From the human T2T-CHM13v2.0 reference genome, Homo sapiens: a stretch of 64,000 bases of DNA. Where the stretch lies: NCBI RefSeq assembly GCF_009914755.1, contig NC_060932.1; one strand, written 5' to 3'. The notes beneath the pieces were generated by a model, which saw nothing but the letters and a program-made list of their open reading frames with translations, had not been told where the DNA came from and made no database searches. Below, one piece after another: positions 55,431 to 64,000 of this stretch (the first letter of the stretch is position 1; every line of letters starts with the position of its first letter). The translations under genes were made by a program, and so were the position numbers.

Positions 55431-57990
55431 TTTTGCCTGTATACACAAATAGAAATAAAAGTTTCATTAAAAAATACTAAATCCAATTACACAGTAAACA
55501 CTAGAACCCAGGTCTCTGACCCTCTGATATTTTTACAATGTTTAATTTTATTTCATTTGTACAAAAAGGCTTGACTCAATCCATTTTTAATTTTCTCAAC
55601 TTACTGTGGTCATAATGTTCAGTTACAAAACACTGAATTGGAAATTGATGCTCAAAATATTATTTATTATGTTATCACTATATGCCCAGTAATGTGCTAA
55701 ATAGTTTGCTCACATCATAGCATTTAGTCCTCAAACCAACCATCAGAGATGAGTTTTACTAAATCTACTTCATGGACAAAGCATCTGAGATTAGAATTTA
55801 GCTCTGCTTGTGCAGACAGGAAATGGGAGAGCAGAGATTAGAAGTCAGTCTTTTCTAATTCCTACTCATTCAAATACTTTCTAATTCTTATCATATTACA
55901 CCACCAAAAAGCCAAAAGTTGCTACTTCAGGGCAGACTAAACAGAATTCTGGTTAAATTAGCACAAAAGTATCTCTGTACAATTAAAAAAATATAACTGG
56001 CAAAACCTGAAATACGTTTGCTGTGTTTTTTTAAGATCATTGTATATATGTACAATAAACTCAACACAGTTGTCCTTAGAACATGGGCTCACTGTTTTTT
56101 ATCCAGAAAGCTTGTTGTCATTATTTTTAAGTTAACAGTTGTGAAACTTAACTGCGTATTGTTACTTATAAACACTTCAATTGGATGAACTCAAACTGAT
56201 TATTGAATCTAAAGACAACATCAATATGGTGATCAGCTTCTAAGATGGTCCAGCGATCCCTACCTCATGGTAGTTATACCCTGGCATAGTCCCCTCCTGC
56301 ATTATATCAGAGTTGATCTGTGTGATCAATAGAATATGGCAGAATAGATGCTATGCCACTTCAAATATTGCATTGTAAATGGCACTACAGGTTCTATTTG
56401 CATTCTGTCTCTCTGGCTCTGTCTCTCGGGCTCTGTCTCTCTGATCACTCATTCTGGGGAAAGTCATACTGTAAGAAACCTTATGGTGGAGAGACCCACA
56501 TGGTGAGAAACTGAGGCCTTCCAACAACAACGGGGGAATAGACCCTGCAGCCCCAGTCAGGTCTTCAGAGATTGCAGTCCCTGAACCAGAATCACCCAGG
56601 CTAAGCCATCCCCAGATCCCGAAATCTCACAAACTATATGAGATGATAAATATTTGCTATTTTAAGCTACATGAATACTTTGGAGACATTATGGGTTTGG
56701 TTCCAGACCACCACAATAAAGCAAATAGTGCAATAAAGCAACTCATACAATCTTTTTGGTTTCTCAGTGCATAAAAAAGTTGGGTTTACACTATACTGTG
56801 GTCTATTAAGTGTGAAATAGCATTATGCCTAAAAAACAAGGTACATATTTAATTTAAAAATGCTTTATGGTTAAAAAATGGTGAAGATCAACTGAGACTT
56901 CAGTGAATCCTAATCTTTTTGCTGGTGGAGGGTTTTGTCTTGATGTTGATGACTGCTGACTGATCAGGGTGGGGTGATGATTGCTAAAGGTTGGAGTGGC
57001 TGTGACAATTTTTAAAAATAAAACAGTGAAGTTATCCATATCAATTGACTGTTCCTTTCACTAAAGATTTATCTAAAGCATGCTCTCTGTCTCTCTCTGT
57101 CTCTCTTTGATCACTCACTCTGGGGAAAGTTATACTGTTTGGTAGTATTGTAACCACAGTAGAACTTTTTCAAAATGGGACTCAATCCTCTGAAACCCTG
57201 TCAATACTTTGTTAAAGAAGTTTATGTAATATTCTAAATCCTCTGTTGTCATTTCAACAATGTTCATGGTTGTTGACCAAGAGTAGATTCCATGTAAAGA
57301 AACCACTTTCCATAAGAAGCAACTCCTCATCTATTTAAGGTTTATCAGGAGATTGCAGCAGTTCAGTCACAACTTCAAGCTCCACTTCTAATTCTAATTC
57401 TCTTGCTATTTCCACCACATCTGCAGTTGCTTCCTCAACTGAAGTCTTGAACCCCTTAAAATCATCCATGAGGGTTGGCATCAACTTCTTCCAAACTTGT
57501 GTTAATTTGGATATTTTGACCTTCTCCCATGAATCACTAATGTTCTTACTGGCTTCTAGAATAGTGAATCCTTTCCAGAAGGTTTTCAATTTACTTTGCC
57601 CAGATCCATCTGAGGAATCATTGTCTATGGCAGCTTTAGCCTTCTAAAATGTATTTCTTTAATAAGACCAGTAAGTCAAAATTACTCCTTCATCCATGGG
57701 TTACAGGATGGATATTGTGTTAGCAGGTATAAAAACAATATTAATATTCTTGTGCATCTCCATCAGAGCTCCTGGGTCACCAGGTGCATTGTCAATGAAC
57801 AGTAATACTTTAAAAATAATCTTTTTGTTTGAGCAGTAAGTCTCAAAAGTGGGCTTAAAATATTCATCATGCCATGCTGTAAACAGATGTGCTGTCATTC
57901 ACGCTGTTTGGTTCCATTTCTAGAGCACAGGCAGAGTAGATGTAGAATAATTCTTAAGGACCCTAGGATTTTTGAGTTAGTAAATGAGTA

Positions 57991-58531
57991 TTCCTTATAC
58001 TTATTTATAAGTATATTCCTTATACTTATTTATAAGTATATTCCTTATACTTATTTATAAGTATATTCCTTATACTTATTTATAAGTATATTCCTTATAC
58101 TTATTTATAAGTATATTCCTTATACTTATTTATAAGTATATTCCTTATACTTATTTATAAGTATATTCCTTATACTTATTTATAAGTATATTCCTTATAC
58201 TTATTTATAAGTATATTCCTTATACTTATTTATAAGTATATTCCTTATACTTATTTATAAGTATATTCCTTATACTTATTTATAAGTATATTCCTTATAC
58301 TTATTTATAAGTATATTCCTTATACTTATTTATAAGTATATTCCTTATACTTATTTATAAGTATATTCCTTATACTTATTTATAAGTATATTCCTTATAC
58401 TTATTTATAAGTATATTCCTTATACTTATTTATAAGTATATTCCTTATACTTATTTATAAGTATATTCCTTATACTTATTTATAAGTATATTCCTTATAC
58501 TTATTTATAAGTATATTCCTTATACTTATTT
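57991..58531. repeat. Perfect 25-bp palindromic AT-rich VNTR (~21.6 copies)
   Basis: Unit ttccttatacttatttataagtata repeats every 25 bp from 57991 to 58516, with a partial last copy. Confidence 0.97.
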
Positions 58532-59504
58532 CTTAAGAATAATTCTTAAGGACCCTAGGATTTTTGAGTTAGTAAATAAGTATTGTCTTCAACTTAAAGT
58601 TACCAGCTGCGTTATCCCCCTTACAAGAGAGTCAACCTGTCTTTTGAAGCTTTGAAGCCAGGCATTGACTTTTGCTGTCTAGTTACACAAGTCCTAGAAA
58701 GCATCTTCCTCAATATAAAGTTGTTTCACCTACATTAAAAATCTGTTGCTTAGTATAGCCACTATCATCAGTGATTTTATCTAGATCTTCTGGATAACTT
58801 GATGCAGTTTCTACATCGGCACTTGCTGCCTCACCTTGCCCTTTTATGTTATGAAAATGGCTTCTTTCCTTAAACCTCATGAGCCACAACCTCTGCTAGA
58901 TGCAAACTTTTCTTCTGCAGCTCTCTCACCTCTCTCAGCCTTCATAGAATTGAAGAGAGTTACGCCTTGCTCTGGACTAGGTTTTGGCTTAAGGTAATGT
59001 CGTGGCTGGTTTGATAGTCTATCCAAACTACTAAAACTTTCTTCATATTAGTAATAAGCCTATTTTGTTTTCTTAACATTTGTGTATTCACTGGAATAGT
59101 ATTTTAATTTCCTTCAAGAACTTTTCTTTTGCATTCAGAACTTGGCTAACTGCTTGTTGCAAGAAGCCTAGCTCTCAGCCTGTCTTGGTTTCTGACATGC
59201 CTTCTTCACTATGCTTAATTATTTCTAGATTTTGCTTTAATGCTAGAGATGTACAATTCTTCCTTTTACTTGAACACTCAGAGGCCACTGTAGGGTTATT
59301 CATTGACCTAATTTCAATATTTTTGTGTCTTTGAGAATAGGGAGGCCCATTGAGAGGGAGAGAGATGAGGAAATGGCCCATGAGTGGAGAAGTCAGAACA
59401 CACATACCACTTATCGATGAAGTTCTCCTACTCATTTGAGTGTGGTTCATGGCACTCCAAAACGGTTACAATAGCAATCTCAATGATCTCAAAGATCACT
59501 GATG

Positions 59505-59979
59505 TGCCAAGTGCAGCAGCCTCCCAGCTACTTGGGAGACCAAGGTGGGAGGTTTGCTTGAGCCCAGGAGTTGAAGATCAGCCTGGGCAATATAGAGAGA
59601 CTCTGTCTCCACAAAAACATAAAATTTGCTGGGTGTGGTGGCACGCATCTGCAGTCCCAGCCACTCAGGAGGCTGAGGTGGGAAGATTGATTGAGCCATG
59701 GGAAAGTCAAGGCTCAGAGAGCCATGATCATGCTATTGTGTTCCAGCCTGGGCAACAGAGCAAGACCCTGTCAAAAAGAGAGAGAGAGAAAGAGAAAGAA
59801 AGAAAGAGAGAAAGAAGAAAGAAAGAAAGAAAAAAAGAAAGAAAGAAAGAAAGAAAGGAGAAAGGAAGGAAGAAGGAAGAAAGAGAGAGAGAGAAAAAGA
59901 AAGAGAAGGAAAGAAGAAAGAAAGAAAAGGAAAGAAGAAAGAAAGAAGGAAGGAAGGAAAGAGAAAGGAAAGAAAGAAA

Positions 59980-60050
<71 letters not shown>
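59505..60050 (+). mobile_element. AluJ-type SINE with an expanded GA/GAAA tail, nested in Tigger1
   Basis: tttgcttgagcccaggagtt...gagcaagaccctgtc followed by ~275 bp of pure purines. Degenerate TSD aaagatcactgat / aataatcactaat. Confidence 0.85.
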
Positions 60051-60051
<1 letters not shown>

Positions 60052-60363
60052 GTCAGGGTCAGTGGCTCAGGCCTATAATCCTAACACCTTGGGAGGCCAA
60101 GGTGTGCAGATCATGAGGTCAGGAGTTCAAGACCATCCTGACCAACATGGTGAAACCAGCCTGCCCAACATGGTCTCTACTAAAAATAAAAAAATTAGCC
60201 GGGCATGGTGGCGTGTGCCTGTGATCCCAGCTACTCAGGAGGCTGAGGCAAGGGAATCACTTGAACCCAGGAGGTAGAGGTTGCAGTGAGCTGAGATCAC
60301 GCCACTGCACTCCAGCCTGGGTGACAGAGCAAGACTCTGTCAAAAAAAAAAAAAAAAAAAAAA
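60051..60363 (+). mobile_element. AluSg-type SINE inserted in the AluJ tail, followed by a GGAA-rich tract to ~60440
   Basis: gatcatgaggtcaggagttc, an internal ~20-bp duplication (acca.cctg.ccaacatggt) and poly(A). Confidence 0.85.
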
Positions 60364-61176
60364 GAGGAAGAAGAAAGGAAGGAAGAAAAGAAGGAAGGAA
60401 GGAGGGAAGGAAGGACAATGAAAAGAAAAAAAAGAGGAAAATAATCACTAATCACAAATAACCATAACAGATAAAATGATAATGGGAAAGTTCTAAATAT
60501 AATGAGAATTACCAAAATGTGACACAGAGACACAAAGTGAGCATATGGCATTGAAAAAATGGTGTCAATAGACTTGCTCGACACAGGGTTGCCACAAACC
60601 TTTGATTTGTTTAAAAAAAAAAAAAGCAATATCTGTAAAATGCTATAAAGTGAAGTGAAATAAAACAAGGTAGGCCTGTACTAAATTTTGGTATAATTTG
60701 TTAGGCAACCAACAGATAATCGATGCAAACAGTTACAGCTTGAACCTGGCGAGATGCCATCTCAATAGGGTTTTTATGTATGTGTTACATGGTAACTTTA
60801 AGGCTGGAAAAGGAAAAGGAAAAAGAGAAATAAACTAAATAATCAGTGTAGTAGGATCAAAGTGTTTACTTTTAGGCTTTCAAATCAAACTACACAGTGT
60901 GGACTAGAGTCTACTGATGCAATTTCTAAATCATTGAGACTACTAATCCCAAGCAGCCAATAAAATAATTTGTCAGTCAATCTGTGAATTTGTCAGCATC
61001 TCTTTTCACTCTTGTTCTCCCCAGTCCTCAGCTATTTTGAAAATCACATCTCATTGGAAGTTGAACCAGAAAAAAGAAGAACACTGAAGCTTACATATGT
61101 GTTCTGCTACTCTTTGTGGTTTGTGGTGGAGGCTAGTTAGACTAAATTTGAAAGTTGGCAAAATTGGGCACCATAA

Positions 61177-61572
<396 letters not shown>

Positions 61573-61734
61573 TGACCTTTTGGATCTCAGGGAGCCTTAT
61601 AAGCTGAGGTGATGATTTTATCATTGAAAATATATGTATCATACCTATGTCATATGGACCAAAAGTGAAATTACTAGAAAAAAAAATGTGTTGTATGATA
61701 TTAGGAGTGTTGTTCAGTTATTTATAGATTTAAA

Positions 61735-61947
61735 TAGAAATTTTCAACTTCAAAACTATTGACACTTAGGGCAAGGTGATGTTTCATTGTGTGTGCATGT
61801 TTGTGTGAGGAAATCCATGTGTTATATGTAGCAGAGCCTCAGTTTACTAGATACCAGTAGTGCCTCCCAGCTGTAACAAGTAAAACTGTCTTCAAATATT
61901 GCCAAATGTCCATTGGTGGCAAAATCATGCCCAGCTGAGAACTACTG
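61735..61947. mobile_element. MER20 hAT-Charlie MITE
   Basis: actattgacac...actagataccagtag...tattgccaaatgtcc...gcaaaatc...tgagaactactg. Confidence 0.75.
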
Positions 61948-64000
61948 ATATAAATAATTGCTACCATTTTGAGCAAGTATGTGTGTGTATTTAATAAAGG
62001 GATATAAGAAAAAAATGTCGGGAAATGTGGGGTTATTTAGGAGATGACCATTCTCCTGGTGCCTCTAAAATTACAATCCATGTAATAGAACCAAATGCAT
62101 TTGTCTAATTCTTATCCTGTATTCTAATAAAAGGCAGAGATTGAAACTATTAGTTTCATGTTTAACTCTATTATTTAACTTATCAGATAACTAAGATTTG
62201 GCCATATTTTCAAAACAGAAACAGAAACACAATGTTAGAGCTGAAATGATCACGGCTGCTGTTTCTCGAAATGTCTGCTCCTTAAAGACCATGGCCCAGA
62301 GAAAGAAAGTCTCACAGAAATGCAGTGACACAGTAACGATTAGAATGCAGGTCTATGACCATCTGTTCTCCAGTGAGGAGGAAACAACAAAAGATACTTT
62401 CCTCTTGGTTAGTAGCTCACCGACATTACATTTTCCTCTGGATTTTTGTGTTATATACGTTATATGTACCTAAAGCCACCAAGCAGAAGACGTGAGCGTG
62501 ACTAGAGTCTACGCCAGGTATTCACATGACCTAAAGGTAAGGCTCAATTTCTCTGCCTCAGTCTCCTCCTCTTTAACATGGGGCTAACAACACGAAATTA
62601 TTGTGAAGTACTTTGAAAACTATTACCTGCAATTAAAATGTGATTTACCTTATTGTCATGCTAAAACATTTGAGACATTTATACAAATGGTGACTACATG
62701 CAAGTTTATCTCAGACAGAAAAGTGATAATCCCAATGCTGTCAGAACTAAATTTACAAGGAGTTTATGCTGTTGCTGTGATAAGGTGCTAAAAATGACCT
62801 CTTTGACAAAGTGTAAATCCTTCTCCATTTCCTAACTTTTCAGTATCTCAATTACCTACTCTCTTAAGTGGTCATTAACTTCAACACTATTTTTAGTCAA
62901 GTACAAAATAGATTTTTTTTTTTTTGAATTAGAGAGTGTATTTGGAGGAGATCTGAAGAAAACATACAAATTTTGAAGGAACACTGTCTTTTTACCAATG
63001 GGTTTCTAAGTCACAGCATCTTATTTAAGATTCAGAGGTTGAATTTTAAAATATGCTGAAACATGAAAATGATACAATTGACCACTCTGGAAACTGGATA
63101 GCAAATGCAGTGCTGTTGGGTTTGAGTATATCTGTCATGTTGGAAGAAGGAATGAGAGGTGGATTGAAGGAGTGAAATGATGTAGTCCATGAGGGATCAT
63201 TCACAGAGACATTTCCTCTCCAAAAAGATACTATTTACCACTTGAGCCTGAAGAAAGAAGTGAGATAAGTTCTACGATGATGGAAGTTTTTCTTTCTAGG
63301 GGCTCTCTTGAATATATTCTTTAATGCCTTAGCAAGTCTGATGAACTGAAAGATTTACCATATTTTTCTAAGTGCCTCACTTTCCCTTCAGGTACAACCT
63401 GGGCTTTCAGGAAAAATCTGACTTATTGTGTCTTATAATGAAGTAGAAAGACTTATTAAAAACAGAGAATTAAGTAGATGAACATAATGATCTTTTTAAA
63501 TGACCTCTCATTATTCTCTTAGAAGAAATGACTTAGTTAAGAAGAAGAGTCTTGGAAAGATACTGCCTATGCTAGCACTCAACTCGTGAAATGCTTCTTT
63601 CTCCAGTGAAAGTCAGCTGTTTGGTTCCCTTTCCAAAGAATTTCTGAACTTAGCACCACTTCAATTTGCTGCTCTAAGAATATTGACCTTAATTCCCATT
63701 TAAGAGAGTGAAGGGTTAGGATTAATGTTTCTTTTTTATATATGCTGCCTTGCAAAACCCTTTCCATTTACTCATAAAAAGGGCTTGCCAACCTTTTTTT
63801 ATTGAATGGATAAAGCCCAGGTTATTTCCATCTTAAAAGTATGATCAAATATAGCAGTCGTAAGAAAACAGGAGACCAGAAGAGCCAACTGCAATAGACT
63901 GTAATATAATGCTATAGACTAGTTTATCAGATATCTTTATCAGGAAATTATTATAAGATTAGAAAGTATAATATTTACATTTAATTGTATTTTACACAAT

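Larger units (their letters stand above)
56670..60678 (-). mobile_element. Apparently full-length, decayed Tigger1 (pogo/Tc1-mariner) DNA transposon with TA TSD
   Basis: Ends catgaatac... and ...gtaggcctg with TA on both sides. Broken transposase peptides MTAHLF...[20 protein letters not shown]...VWKKL...[12 protein letters not shown] and HSEEGMS. About 2.4 kb remains after subtracting the nested inserts. Confidence 0.9.
56225..60727 (+). mobile_element. MLT1F-like MaLR LTR (56225-56669, completed at 60681-60727), split by Tigger1
   Basis: cagcttctaagatgg...aatagaatatggcagaa...aaactgaggcct...tattttaagc|ta|ctaaattttgg...tttgttaggcaacc...gataatcgatgca is contiguous once Tigger1 is removed. Confidence 0.8.

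Noticed and set aside
57991-58531. Palindromic 25-bp repeats superficially like a CRISPR array
   Set aside because: The units are head-to-tail with no unique spacers, there are no cas genes, and the context is a primate intron. It is a VNTR.
56854-59450. Tigger1 transposase ORF fragments as a possible domesticated TIGD-like gene
   Set aside because: Multiple stops and frameshifts, plus the VNTR insertion, break the reading frame.
59384-60277. 297-aa Lys/Glu/Arg-rich ORF
   Set aside because: It starts at a non-ATG codon and runs through antisense Tigger1, AluJ, a stop-free purine tract and a second Alu, so it is a compositional artefact.

Overview
This window is primate (almost certainly human) genomic DNA from inside the ANGPT1 (angiopoietin-1) gene, transcribed on the minus strand. 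Three coding exons of the coiled-coil region are present with canonical splice sites and matching phases: exon 2 (36500-36655, 156 nt), exon 3 (25709-25830, 122 nt) and exon 4 (11449-11681, 233 nt, with a GYNGYN tandem donor giving +/-Gly269). The rest is AT-rich intron with about 15 Alus (many with visible target-site duplications), MIR/L2/L1 relics, MaLR LTRs, hAT MITEs, microsatellites, and an apparently full-length Tigger1 nested in an MLT1F-type LTR. No prokaryote-type system (CRISPR, operon, RT cassette) is present, and almost all listed ORFs are repeat or low-complexity artefacts. The most unusual structures lie in intron 1: (i) two interleaved non-transposon inverted repeats (A-B-A'-B', 52.8-55.0 kb) joined by microhomology; (ii) a perfect palindromic 25-bp minisatellite bracketed by a 49-bp direct repeat and apparently built from its own flank; (iii) a microhomology-flanked templated insertion copied from the neighbouring LTR into Tigger1. 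Repeat subfamily names come from recalled consensus sequences, and repeat boundaries are approximate unless a TSD is quoted.
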